Source of the DNA: Candidatus Micrarchaeota archaeon
Lineage (GTDB): Archaea; Micrarchaeota; Micrarchaeia; Anstonellales; Bilamarchaeaceae
Assembly: GCA_032123335.1 (NCBI GenBank)
Contig: JAQBFN010000038.1
Location: 1 to 17,214 of the forward strand
Length of the DNA stretch: 17,214 nucleotides
Direction of reading: 5' to 3'
Every line of letters starts with the position of its first letter. The first letter of the stretch is position 1. Made by a program: the position numbers and the translations under genes. A model generated the notes under the pieces. It was not told the DNA's origin, searched no databases, and worked only from the letters and a program-made list of their open reading frames with translations. Shown one piece after another: positions 1-8,802 of the stretch.

Positions 1-267
1 TTCATGCCCCGCTGGAAGGAAAAGAAGCTGGAAGAAGAGGCGCAGAAGGTGATTGTGGCGAAGAGGATGGCAAAAACGTCCTCCATTATAACGCCTTCAA
101 GGCCCAAAAAGAAAGCAGTGACAAAAGCTGCGAAGAAACCAACAAAGAAGCCCGCAAAACCGAAGCCGGCTAAGAAGGCAAAAAAACCAGCAAAAGCCAA
201 GCCCGCAAAGAAACAGCCCGCCAAAAAGCCGGCAAAGAAGAAAAAGAAAAAATGGGGCCTCTTCTGA
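1..267 (+). CDS. 3' end of a gene probably truncated by the window edge; histone H1-like/AlgP-like Lys-Ala-Pro (PAKK) tail
   Basis: Frame is open from base 1 (TTC ATG CCC...) to TGA at 265-267. Translation ends in KAAKKPTKKPAKPKPAKKAKKPAKAKPAKKQPAKKPAKKKKKKWGLF. The true start is probably upstream of the window. Confidence 0.7.
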   Translation, partial: FMPRWKEKKLEEEAQKVIVAKRMAKTSSIITPSRPKKKAVTKAAKKPTKKPAKPKPAKKAKKPAKAKPAKKQPAKKPAKKKKKKWGLF

Positions 268-311
268 GCATTTTCTCTAATTAAGTGTCAGTTAGTGTGT
301 TTTATTGTGTA

Positions 312-319
312 TTTATAAA
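312..319 (+). promoter_or_regulatory. TATA box for a probably leaderless transcript of the 702-aa ORF
   Basis: TTTATAAA ends about 25 nt before ATG 344, and no SD motif is present. This is typical archaeal leaderless spacing. Confidence 0.6.
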
Positions 320-343
320 TCTTTCTGCACTGAATAGTATATT

Positions 344-2452
344 ATGAATAGCAATGGCACTGCTAATAAAGGTGGCAAAGGTCCCGTAACCATCAAAAAA
401 GACCAGATTCGCCCTCCTACAGAAGAAAAAAAGAGGTCACTTTTTGGAGGTTTCCTTAAATCCCTAGGGGCAGACCCTAATAATGTAAAGGAGTTTGAAA
501 CCAGGAGAACAAGGACTCCTCCCGAGCCCGGTATCGTTGCCAGAAGCCCACCCAGGACGTTTGTTGAAGAATTCAAAAAGCAGATTCGTTTTTCTGAAGA
601 AGAATCCCAAGAACCTGAATCAGGGACTGAGCCGCCTGCAGAGGCTAGACCTAAGAGAAGTCGCGACGGTCATTCTGCTGAATTTTCCCTTGCAAATCTA
701 GGCAATCTTTCCCAGGGCCCTGTAATCCCCACTGGGCCTGCGCAGGCTGACGGGCATTATGCTGAAATTTCCGTTGCAGCTTCTGGAGACGGATTTGATA
801 TTACAGACGAAGACATAGACGCGGTGCTTGGCTTCAAACCTTCCGAATCAGACGATGTGCTTGGCTTCAAACCTTCCGAATCAACAGATGGCTCAAGAGA
901 AGTAAGCACAACAATCTCAGAAGCAATTGTGCAGGCAGCAGCAAGACTGAATGGGGGCAGAAACCCCGTAAAGCTTCGCAGTGACAGGCCAACGCTTCCC
1001 CCGCCTGCACCCACTGTAAGAACTGAGCCCCCCGAGAGGGATGATACTGAAGCCCGCAGGACAGGAATCCTTCCAGGCTCACCTCCAGAAACAGGCTTTA
1101 ATGTAACTTCCAGTGCACTTTCAAAGGGAGAAATGACAGATAGGACAAGGAGAAGGCTTAACGAATTGAGTTCGATGGAGCAGGCAGCCGAAATCCCCCT
1201 TGAGAATACAAAGCTCAGGGAAAAGAGCTATGTTCCGGTTTATTTCCAAAATATGATTATCAAGCTTCCCGAGAGGTTCCATCCTTATCTTAACGAAGCA
1301 ATGGAAGTGATAGGGGAAAACCTCAAAGGTTATGAGCCGGATGTTGAAAGGCTGATTCTGGAAAGAAGGTGGAAGATTGAGCGCGAACAGAGAGTACTCG
1401 GCTCACTCTCTAAAGCTGCAGATGAAATCCAGAGGGTTTTCGTAAAGATGCACAAGGATGAGGCTGTCCGCAGGGTAGCCCTGAGGTCTGATGAGGGCAC
1501 GATGGTTCCTGCAGAAGCAATAAAGAAATGGGCATTTACACTCCTCAGCTCACGCTCACCAAAAGACGAGTCAAAATTACTGGCAGACAGCAACACTGAG
1601 CTCAACGTGTTTGATGCATATGCAAAGGCAGTAACATTTCTTTTCCTCAGCCAGATGAGGCCCAGGACTTTTATTTATGCGCTTGGCCACCCGGAAATTT
1701 CCAAGCCATATGGCCAGCTTGGCGGAATGGAAGGCCTTGGAGTCCTCGCTGGACTTGACCTCCCAAACGTTGATGCCAAGAATCCGATATCCACCCCGCT
1801 GATTGGATTGGCTTTCAGGCATGCACAGGAATGCCGCTCCACAACCTTGATAGGATGGCTTCAGGACGTTGTTGCAGAATGGCCCAAGCCCTTCATAGTA
1901 GGGAGGTTTGCACATTTCGTGGAACAGGAGATGCGCGATTTCCAAGAGGCGGTGCAGGGCGCAGGATTCAGCGCAGAAAGGCTTTTCCAGGTGCTCAATA
2001 GAAATGATAATTCACCCGTGAATCTCCGTGCAGACCCGGTGCTTAAGCACATATTCGAAGCAGCGTGCATTGGCCCCGGAAGCGTTGTATATAATGAGCC
2101 TGATGACGTATTCGATGCACTTGAGGCAATTGTGGGATACACGAACCTTCTCAAGGTTGTTCCCCGTGCAAAAGATGAGTTCCTTGAGCATTTCCTTGGA
2201 ACTTATCCCCTTTCAACCAACGGAGGGACATTCTGGAAGGTATTCTGCATGTGCCTTTTCACTGATAAGGAGGACATGGAGCGCCACCCGGCGGTTGTGA
2301 AGGCACTCAGGAATGACAGGGACCCCAAGATAAAGGCACACATAGAAGAAGCAATCCATATTCTCCAGCCCAGGGAAACGCTTATTGAGTCCAGTTTTGA
2401 TGATGAGGATAACGAAATCAGGTTCAGCCTGGATGGGGATGGCGAATTCTAG
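344..2452 (+). CDS. Hypothetical protein, 702 aa; disordered-looking Pro/Ser/Glu/Arg-rich N-terminal ~280 aa followed by a probably helical globular region
   Basis: Long ORF with a TATA box at leaderless distance. I recognise no family motif. Its stop overlaps the convergent thrS stop in CTAG (2449-2452). Confidence 0.8.
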   Translation: MNSNGTANKGGKGPVTIKKDQIRPPTEEKKRSLFGGFLKSLGADPNNVKEFETRRTRTPPEPGIVARSPPRTFVEEFKKQIRFSEEESQEPESGTEPPAEARPKRSRDGHSAEFSLANLGNLSQGPVIPTGPAQADGHYAEISVAASGDGFDITDEDIDAVLGFKPSESDDVLGFKPSESTDGSREVSTTISEAIVQAAARLNGGRNPVKLRSDRPTLPPPAPTVRTEPPERDDTEARRTGILPGSPPETGFNVTSSALSKGEMTDRTRRRLNELSSMEQAAEIPLENTKLREKSYVPVYFQNMIIKLPERFHPYLNEAMEVIGENLKGYEPDVERLILERRWKIEREQRVLGSLSKAADEIQRVFVKMHKDEAVRRVALRSDEGTMVPAEAIKKWAFTLLSSRSPKDESKLLADSNTELNVFDAYAKAVTFLFLSQMRPRTFIYALGHPEISKPYGQLGGMEGLGVLAGLDLPNVDAKNPISTPLIGLAFRHAQECRSTTLIGWLQDVVAEWPKPFIVGRFAHFVEQEMRDFQEAVQGAGFSAERLFQVLNRNDNSPVNLRADPVLKHIFEAACIGPGSVVYNEPDDVFDALEAIVGYTNLLKVVPRAKDEFLEHFLGTYPLSTNGGTFWKVFCMCLFTDKEDMERHPAVVKALRNDRDPKIKAHIEEAIHILQPRETLIESSFDDEDNEIRFSLDGDGEF
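818..883 (+). repeat. Tandem 2 x 33-bp in-frame repeat (DAVLGFKPSES / DDVLGFKPSES)
   Basis: gacgcggtgcttggcttcaaaccttccgaatca (818-850) and gacgatgtgcttggcttcaaaccttccgaatca (851-883). Confidence 0.95.
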
Positions 2453-4329
2453 CCCCTGAAAGTAGGCCTTTTGGATAATTCTTTCGGAAGCGATAGCTTC
2501 TCAAAAGGCATACCGTTTGTTTTCTCTTCAATTATGCTCCTTAACTCTACTCCATCCATTTCCCTCTTTTCCCCTGTTTCCCGAATAGTTACTGAGATTT
2601 TTCCGGATTCAACTTCCGTGTCCCCGATTACCGCAATATATGGAACCCATTCCTTTTGCGCATTCCTTATTTTCTTTCCCAAGGATTCCGAAGTATCATC
2701 TACATCCGCCCGCACATCATCCCCAAGCTGGCTCAATACTTCCTGCGCAAACTCCACGTGTTTGTCCGAAATCGGCAGAACCCTTACCTGCGTAGGAGAA
2801 AGCCAGAGCGGAAGCATTGCCTTTTCCCCCCTCTGCATTTTCATCGCTTCCTTTTCCAAAAGCTCATAAATCACCAGTTCTTTACTCCCTGAAATGGAGG
2901 CATGCGTGAGGATGGGCCTCTTCTTGCTCCCGTCTTCATCCACAAACGAAATATCGTAAGTATCTGCATTTTCCACATCTATCTGTACAGTTGTAAGCGC
3001 ACTTGCCTTGTCCATCGCATCCACAAAATTGAACTCGAATTTCGTAATGAAGTATGCATACCTCTCATCAAATATCTCCACAAGAATCGGCTTCCCAATC
3101 TTCTTTACGAGCGAAGCATACCACTCCTTATTCTCTTCATAAAACTCCTTCAAAATCCTGAATCCAACTTCACTTCCTTCCAGTAATTCCACATAGGAAA
3201 GCCACTCCATGCTGATATCCAATTGCTGTTCTAATTCCGTCTTTGCCTGGTTCATATCCCGGAGCACCCCATGCATATCCGGCATGGTAAATGCACGCAG
3301 CCTCTTCAGTCCAGCGAGTTCTCCAGTTTGCTCACACCTGAATGAGTACCTTGTCAGCTCAAACATGCGCATAGGCAATTGCTTGTAGCTAAATACCATG
3401 TCATGTCCAATCAGGAACTGCCCAAAACATGCAGCAAACCTCAGGAAGAACCTCTTATCATCCCTTGTTACAAGATACTGCCTTGCAGGGAACCTATTGA
3501 GGTATTTCTTCAGTGCCGGGTGCTCAAAATCATACATGAGCGGGGTTTCAACTTCCATTGCTCCATAATCTACACAAAAGTCTGTAATTGATTTTTCAAG
3601 CAGCTTCTTAATCAGCCTGCCCTTAGGATAAAATCTGAAATTGCCCCCATCGCTTCCAGGCTCATAATCCACTAATTCCTGTTCCTGCATCAGCTTTATG
3701 TGCGGGGGCTCATTATCGTATGCCCTTGTCTTTTTTGTTTCATAGGCTGCAAATTTCTTCAGGTTCTCATGCCCCGCATAATTGAATTTATCTATATCCA
3801 CCAATTCCCCTTCCGGAGTTAAAATATAGAATCTGCTCACCATCTTTTCCTCCGCCTTTACAGATTCGGATACTTCAATCTCATCCTTGCTCTCCCCACC
3901 TTCTGCTTCGAACACCCTTGAAAGTTCGCTCAAAGGATGCCCCTTGCACGAAACCGTAAACTTTTTATACCACCCAAACGGGGAGCGCATCACCTCAAAG
4001 CCCTTCCCCCTGAGCGCTTCCTCCATCTTCTTGATTAGCTCAATCGCCGCTTCAGGATTGGAAGGCTTGCTCCCCATCAATAGGTGAGCATACGGGTAAA
4101 GCATCACGTTCTTGGCTTTCACCTGGCCTGCAACATCCTCAATGTCCGCAACAGCTTTCTTCACAAGCGAATCGATGTTCCCCTCATCCTGCTTCTCCAC
4201 CGCAATGCGTACCCAGAGAACATCCTCCATCTTCCCTTCTTTCATCTCATCCGGAATCTCTTCCGCAAGCCTGGTCTTCTTTGTAACTTCGTATGATACG
4301 CTGTCAGCGTGCAATATGAGCTCTTTCAT
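2449..4329 (-). CDS. thrS: Threonine--tRNA ligase, archaeal type with N-terminal editing domain
   Basis: Archaeal editing-domain motifs YPYAHL and PFGWYK...CKGHPLSELSR. Catalytic core LRFAACFG, FRxEQ..GL.RLRAFTMPDMH and TTVQID. Anticodon domain LPLWLSPTQVRVLP and LGKKIR. SD-like GAGGT at 4337-4341. Confidence 0.97.
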   Translation of the reverse strand: MKELILHADSVSYEVTKKTRLAEEIPDEMKEGKMEDVLWVRIAVEKQDEGNIDSLVKKAVADIEDVAGQVKAKNVMLYPYAHLLMGSKPSNPEAAIELIKKMEEALRGKGFEVMRSPFGWYKKFTVSCKGHPLSELSRVFEAEGGESKDEIEVSESVKAEEKMVSRFYILTPEGELVDIDKFNYAGHENLKKFAAYETKKTRAYDNEPPHIKLMQEQELVDYEPGSDGGNFRFYPKGRLIKKLLEKSITDFCVDYGAMEVETPLMYDFEHPALKKYLNRFPARQYLVTRDDKRFFLRFAACFGQFLIGHDMVFSYKQLPMRMFELTRYSFRCEQTGELAGLKRLRAFTMPDMHGVLRDMNQAKTELEQQLDISMEWLSYVELLEGSEVGFRILKEFYEENKEWYASLVKKIGKPILVEIFDERYAYFITKFEFNFVDAMDKASALTTVQIDVENADTYDISFVDEDGSKKRPILTHASISGSKELVIYELLEKEAMKMQRGEKAMLPLWLSPTQVRVLPISDKHVEFAQEVLSQLGDDVRADVDDTSESLGKKIRNAQKEWVPYIAVIGDTEVESGKISVTIRETGEKREMDGVELRSIIEEKTNGMPFEKLSLPKELSKRPTFRG

Positions 4330-4366
4330 GAGTATTACCTCGTCTATAAACCTTGTGCATATATCC

Positions 4367-4373
4367 TTTAAAA
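4367..4373. promoter_or_regulatory. TATA element between divergent thrS and glmM, possibly shared
   Basis: TTTAAAA lies 25 nt before glmM ATG 4398. On the minus strand it reads TTTTAAA, which would place a thrS start site just upstream of the thrS SD. Confidence 0.5.
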
Positions 4374-4397
4374 CTCCTTCTTCCTTTGTTTTCTACG

Positions 4398-5699
4398 ATG
4401 TTCGGCACTTCTGGCATACGTGGATTGTACGGCAGTGAAATCACTCCGGACCTTGCGCTAAAGATAGCAAATGCCTTCTCCTACCAGAACCTGGTTATTG
4501 GAAGGGATACGCGCAACACCGGCCCAATTTTAGAAAAAGCTGCATTTGCCGGTGCAATGGCCGCAGGAAAAGATGCAATCTCCTTAGGGTTAGTCCCTAC
4601 CCCGGTTCTCGCGTATGCAACCCTCAAGTACAAGTGCAACGGAATAATGGTTACCGCATCACACAATCCTCCTGAATACAATGGCCTCAAGCTCATTTCC
4701 GCAGGCAAGGAAATCAACAAATCCGAAGAGAAGAAAGTTCTCTCTAACTACGAGAAGGGCGTAAATCTCGCCCCTTGGGACGCAAATGGAAAACTCATCC
4801 CAGATGTAGGCATCCTGGATGCATACATGAAATTCATTTTCCCACAAATTGATTCTGCTTCCATTTCCAAAAAGAAACCCAAAGTAGTAATTGATTGCAA
4901 TGGTGCAGCACTCGTCATCACCCCCACATTGCTCAAGAAACTCGGGTGCGAAGTAATTACACTCAATACACAGGATGTTGGTTTCCAGCGCCCATCCGAA
5001 CCATCAGAAAAAAACCTCACTCTTCTCAAGGAAAAAGTAAAGGAAGTGGGCGCGGATTTGGGCCTTGCCCACGATGGTGATGGAGACCGCGTAGCCCTCA
5101 TAGATGAAAACGGGGATTTCGTAAACATGGATGTGCAGCTCTCCCTTATGATTCTGCATGAGCTGGGGAAGAAGAGGGGCAAAGTAGTGAGCACTGTTGA
5201 ATCCTCCCTGATAATCAAGGACGCAGTTGAGCAGGGCGGAGGCGAACTAATCATAACCCCTGTAGGCAGCACATACGTAGGCGAAGCACTCGAAAAAGAA
5301 AACGCAGTATTCGGTGGAGAGCCTGCAGGCGAATTCATTTACGCAGGAGGAGTGCACGTCCCGGACGGAGTTCTCGGCGCGGCCAAATTCGTAGAAATCT
5401 TTGCGCAAAAAGGAAAAATTTCCAAGCTCGCTTCCCAGTTCAAGCCATACCCAATGGTCCGGGAAAAATACAAAACCAAAGACCGCAAGGCAGCAATGGA
5501 AAAAATCCTCAAATCCATAAACATAGAAGGGAAAGTAAGCAACGTAGATGGAATCCGCATAGATTCCGAAAACTACTGGCTGCTTATCCGCCCCTCCGGC
5601 ACCGAGCCCATAATCCGCCTTACCCTGGAAGCAAAGGCAAAAGAAAAGCTCGAAGAAATCCATGCAAAGGCAAAAAAGCTGATTGAAGCTTCGGTTTAG
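4398..5699 (+). CDS. glmM: Phosphoglucosamine mutase / phosphomannomutase-phosphoglucomutase family
   Basis: N-terminal MFGTSGIRG, phosphoserine loop TASHNP, metal loop DGDGDR, sugar loop GGE and phosphate loop RPSGTEP. Start moved from 4353 to ATG 4398 on motif and TATA spacing. Adjacency to glmU favours GlmM over other phosphohexomutases. Confidence 0.9.
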   Translation: MFGTSGIRGLYGSEITPDLALKIANAFSYQNLVIGRDTRNTGPILEKAAFAGAMAAGKDAISLGLVPTPVLAYATLKYKCNGIMVTASHNPPEYNGLKLISAGKEINKSEEKKVLSNYEKGVNLAPWDANGKLIPDVGILDAYMKFIFPQIDSASISKKKPKVVIDCNGAALVITPTLLKKLGCEVITLNTQDVGFQRPSEPSEKNLTLLKEKVKEVGADLGLAHDGDGDRVALIDENGDFVNMDVQLSLMILHELGKKRGKVVSTVESSLIIKDAVEQGGGELIITPVGSTYVGEALEKENAVFGGEPAGEFIYAGGVHVPDGVLGAAKFVEIFAQKGKISKLASQFKPYPMVREKYKTKDRKAAMEKILKSINIEGKVSNVDGIRIDSENYWLLIRPSGTEPIIRLTLEAKAKEKLEEIHAKAKKLIEASV

Positions 5700-5713
5700 C
5701 CCTTCCATCTTAC

Positions 5714-5720
5714 TTTTAAA
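5714..5720 (+). promoter_or_regulatory. TATA box upstream of glmU
   Basis: TTTTAAA in the 45-bp intergenic gap, about 25 nt before GTG 5745. Confidence 0.45.
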
Positions 5721-5744
5721 GCTTCATAATCACAAAATTAACCG

Positions 5745-6980
5745 GTGGGACTCGTGAAAGCAATAGTTCTAGCAGCAGGGGAAGGCGTGCGGATGCACCC
5801 CCTCACTTACACAAGGCCGAAAGCGCTTCTGCAGGTTGCAGGCAAGCCATTAATCTGGCATGTGCTCTCCAGGCTCAAGGAGGCCGGCATTACCCAGGTA
5901 GGGGTAGTTGTAAAATACAAAAAGGAAATGATCACTGAATACCTGAAAGAGAATAACCTGGGCCTTAATATCACATTTATAGAGCAGGGGGAAAAGCACG
6001 GAACCGGAGCAGCCCTTTTAGATGCGGAGAAATTCGCAGACGAGGATTTCCTGATGGTTGCAGCAGACAATATCTGCGACCCGGAATTCTACAAGCAAAT
6101 CATCTCCGAGCACAACGGAAGCAAAACAATCGCAGTAAAGCAGGTGGAAAACCCCACCCGTTTCGGGGTTGCAAAAGTAGAAAATTCACTCATTACCGAT
6201 TTTATAGAGAAGCCTGAAAACCCCCCCTCCAACCTTGCAAACATTTCAATCTACTGTTTTAGCCCCTCAATTTTCGAGGAGCTCAAATCCCTCAAGCCCA
6301 CCGCACGCGGGGAATACGAAGTCGTGGATGTATTCAAGGGCGCAAAAGCGGTTGAAGTGGAAGGCTTCTGGATGGATGCAGGTTACCCCTGGCACCTCTT
6401 TGAATTAAACCAAAAACTCCTTGAAGACATGGAAGCCTCCGTTGAGAAAGTGGAAAACTCCAGCATAAACGGGAAAATAATCATGGAGAAAGGAGCAGAA
6501 ATCCTGGATTCAAGAATTGAAGGGATTGCATACATTGGAAAGAACTCGAAAGTAGGCCCGCACGCTTACCTCCGCGGCTTTGTTTCCATAGGGGAAAACT
6601 GCAATGTGGGCGAATCCACAACCCTAAAGGACAGCATTCTATTCGATAATGTTAACGCAAAGCATCTTTCCTACATAGGGGATTCCATTGTAGGCGAGGG
6701 GGTGAATTTTGGCGCAGGCACCCAGATTGCAAACTACCGCTTTGATGCCCAGCACATAAACGTTCTTACTTCTAAGGGCTGGATTAATTCCGGGAGGAAA
6801 AAGCTCGGCTGCATCATAGGGGACAATGTAAAATTCGGGGTCCTTGCCTGCACAATGCCGGGAAAAACGATTGGCAATGACTGCTGGGTTGGCTCCAACG
6901 TAAACGTAACAAGAAACGTGAAACCGGATACGCGCATCTTTGCGAAGCAGGACTACGTTTACCAGGAGCAAGGTGAGTAG
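5745..6980 (+). CDS. glmU: Archaeal bifunctional sugar-1-phosphate nucleotidyltransferase/acetyltransferase (GlmU-like)
   Basis: Nucleotidyltransferase motif LAAGEGVRMHPLTYTRPK, also GTG and RGEYE. Left-handed beta-helix hexapeptide repeats with HLSYIGDS and NFGAGTQIAN.RFD. The start may instead be GTG 5754 (MKAIVLAAG). Confidence 0.9.
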   Translation: MGLVKAIVLAAGEGVRMHPLTYTRPKALLQVAGKPLIWHVLSRLKEAGITQVGVVVKYKKEMITEYLKENNLGLNITFIEQGEKHGTGAALLDAEKFADEDFLMVAADNICDPEFYKQIISEHNGSKTIAVKQVENPTRFGVAKVENSLITDFIEKPENPPSNLANISIYCFSPSIFEELKSLKPTARGEYEVVDVFKGAKAVEVEGFWMDAGYPWHLFELNQKLLEDMEASVEKVENSSINGKIIMEKGAEILDSRIEGIAYIGKNSKVGPHAYLRGFVSIGENCNVGESTTLKDSILFDNVNAKHLSYIGDSIVGEGVNFGAGTQIANYRFDAQHINVLTSKGWINSGRKKLGCIIGDNVKFGVLACTMPGKTIGNDCWVGSNVNVTRNVKPDTRIFAKQDYVYQEQGE

Positions 6981-7709
6981 CTGCACCTGATTGTAGGGGT
7001 TGACCCCGGTGTTTATACTGCATATGCAGCCTTGGATTTGCACGGGAAGCTTGTAGGCTCAGGGTGCGAAAAGGAACTCTCCCACGAGGATTTGGTTCGC
7101 ATCATTTCTTCCCTTGGAAAACCCTCAGTAATTGCTGCAGATGTTTCTCCTGCCCCTGATTTTGTAATGCGCATTGCCTCCCGCTTCCACATAAAACTAT
7201 TTGTCCCCGACCGGAACCTCCGGGTTGAAGAAAAAAAGAAAATCGGAAAGGAAATCCAGAATCCGCACATCCGTGATGCGTATGCAGCTGCAGTAAAAGC
7301 TTACAGAAATTACGATAGCACCCTGCTCAGGATTGAGAAATCCGATACGGTTCTGCACAAAGGATTAATCAAGCACCTTGTTTTGCAGGGGCACTCAGCT
7401 GCGGAAGCAGAATTCATGCTCACAAAAAAAGAAGAAAAGAAAACAGAACACATAGAAAAGAAAGCGTCTCCCCAAAAGCAGAAGCGCGATGAGCGCGTCC
7501 TCTCTTTGCTGGAGGAAACTGAGAACCTTCGCAAGGCCCTGGAAATGGAGAGGGAAAGCAGAAAGAACCTTGAAGAAAAGCTGAAGAAATCCACTTCTTC
7601 CAGAACTACTGAAGTAAGCCGGGACCGGGAAGTCCAGAGACTACAAGGCCAGGTAGCACGATTGCAAACATATATCACCAGATTAAAGAGAAGGAAAAAG
7701 AAAAAGTAA
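6981..7709 (+). CDS. DUF460-family protein (RNase H-fold, RuvC/YqgF-like predicted nuclease) with C-terminal coiled coil
   Basis: The frame upstream of the track's 7032 start encodes LHLIVGVDPG, the family N-terminal motif. Also AADVSPAP and HIRDAYAAAVKAY, then a heptad-rich C-terminus. SD AGGTGA at 6971-6976; the start is provisionally CTG 6981. Confidence 0.8.
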   Translation: MHLIVGVDPGVYTAYAALDLHGKLVGSGCEKELSHEDLVRIISSLGKPSVIAADVSPAPDFVMRIASRFHIKLFVPDRNLRVEEKKKIGKEIQNPHIRDAYAAAVKAYRNYDSTLLRIEKSDTVLHKGLIKHLVLQGHSAAEAEFMLTKKEEKKTEHIEKKASPQKQKRDERVLSLLEETENLRKALEMERESRKNLEEKLKKSTSSRTTEVSRDREVQRLQGQVARLQTYITRLKRRKKKK

Positions 7710-7710
7710 T

Positions 7711-7783
7711 TGGGGGATCTGAGATTTGAACTCAGATAACAAGCTCCCAAAGCTTGCAGCTTACCAGGTTGGCTCAATCCCCC
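7711..7783 (-). tRNA. tRNA-Pro (anticodon UGG), intronless, CCA not encoded
   Basis: Reverse complement folds as GGGGGAT-TG-AGCC-AACCTGGT-AAGCT-G-CAAGC-TT TGG GA-GCTTG-TTAT-CTGAG-TTCAAAT-CTCAG-ATCCCCC-A. Acceptor, anticodon and T stems are perfect. Confidence 0.95.
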
Positions 7784-7790
7784 GTTGTAC

Positions 7791-8183
7791 TTACGTACAG
7801 AGATTTCGCTGGAGGATATAAGAGTTCCGTAGCTTTTTTATAGTAAACCCTTTTTTCGCATACAGATTCAGGGCCTCCACATTCGTTGGCTTAACCTTCA
7901 AAAACACATCCTTGCAGAGCCTTTCAGAAAAATTAACAACAGTATCCACAAGCCTCCCCCCAATCCCCTCTTTCCTGTATTCTTCCTTTACCCCAAGGCC
8001 CTGGAAAAGTACCTTGTTCTCCAAAACAATAAGGTGCGCAAACCCAACAACCTCCTGCCCCTTGGAAGCAAGAAAATACAAATCATTCTCGGAAAAAGAA
8101 GGTAGTGCACCGGGAAAAATCTCACTGACTATGCTGAAGATTCGCTTTTCATTCGTGGATTTCCTTACGAATATGTTTTTCAT
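7791..8183 (-). CDS. GNAT family N-acetyltransferase (RimI-like)
   Basis: Motif A LGVKEEYRKEGIGGRLV and motif B NVEALNLYAKKGF. ATGA overlap with the upstream gene. Confidence 0.85.
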   Translation of the reverse strand: MKNIFVRKSTNEKRIFSIVSEIFPGALPSFSENDLYFLASKGQEVVGFAHLIVLENKVLFQGLGVKEEYRKEGIGGRLVDTVVNFSERLCKDVFLKVKPTNVEALNLYAKKGFTIKKLRNSYILQRNLCT

Positions 8184-8797
8184 AGGCTCTCCATCTGTAT
8201 CATTACCTGCCCGTTCTCAACCAGCAGGAGCACCCCCCTCAGGGTATGCCCCTCCGGCACCTGCACCACAGTGGTTTCCCCAACCTTTTCCTTCCCCTCA
8301 ACATGGTGGATGTGCCCGCACGCAAGTATCCGGGGCCTTTTCTCCTCCATTATCTTCTTGAGGGATTTGCTTCCTGCATGCACTCCCTCCCCCACCTCAT
8401 CCAGTATTCCATAGGGAGGAGTATGCGTAACCAAAATAGTTTTCTCGTCTATGGGAAGCGCACTCATCTGCTCGTAAATTTCATCTTCACTTAGTTCTCC
8501 GGGAGTCCCAAAAGGAGTAGGGCCGCTAAACCCAAACCCAACAATATTCATCCCGTCATCCACATCTATCCTTCTTCCATGGATGCATTTTTCCTTTTCC
8601 GCTTCACAGGATTCAAGCCGTTCCATATTCCCTGGAATCCAATAGATATTGCCGGAAATAGAAAGCACTTTTTCAATATACTCATCGCTTCCCAAATCCC
8701 CTGCAATAATAATCATGTCGTACTTCCCGGCAACATCGCGGAGCCTGTCCACAACCGATTCATCCCCGTGCAAATCCGCAAGGAGCAAAACCCTCAT
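8180..8797 (-). CDS. Calcineurin-like metallophosphoesterase (Icc-related)
   Basis: Motifs DLHG, AGD, PGN, THTPP and GHIH. The start is ATG 8797 (MRVLLLADLHG) or GTG 8806, which overlaps the nop5 stop. Confidence 0.9.
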   Translation of the reverse strand: MRVLLLADLHGDESVVDRLRDVAGKYDMIIIAGDLGSDEYIEKVLSISGNIYWIPGNMERLESCEAEKEKCIHGRRIDVDDGMNIVGFGFSGPTPFGTPGELSEDEIYEQMSALPIDEKTILVTHTPPYGILDEVGEGVHAGSKSLKKIMEEKRPRILACGHIHHVEGKEKVGETTVVQVPEGHTLRGVLLLVENGQVMIQMESL

Positions 8798-8802
8798 TGC
8801 AA

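Noticed and set aside
2449..2452. Convergent stop codons overlapping in CTAG
   Set aside because: Common in compact archaeal genomes and not informative alone.
4353..4397. TTG start at 4353 for glmM
   Set aside because: It covers the promoter. The family begins at FGTSGIRG, and ATG 4398 sits at leaderless distance from the TATA box.
7711..7783. tRNA-Pro as the integration site of a mobile element
   Set aside because: No duplicated tRNA 3' end, integrase or foreign-looking genes; both flanks are ordinary cellular genes.
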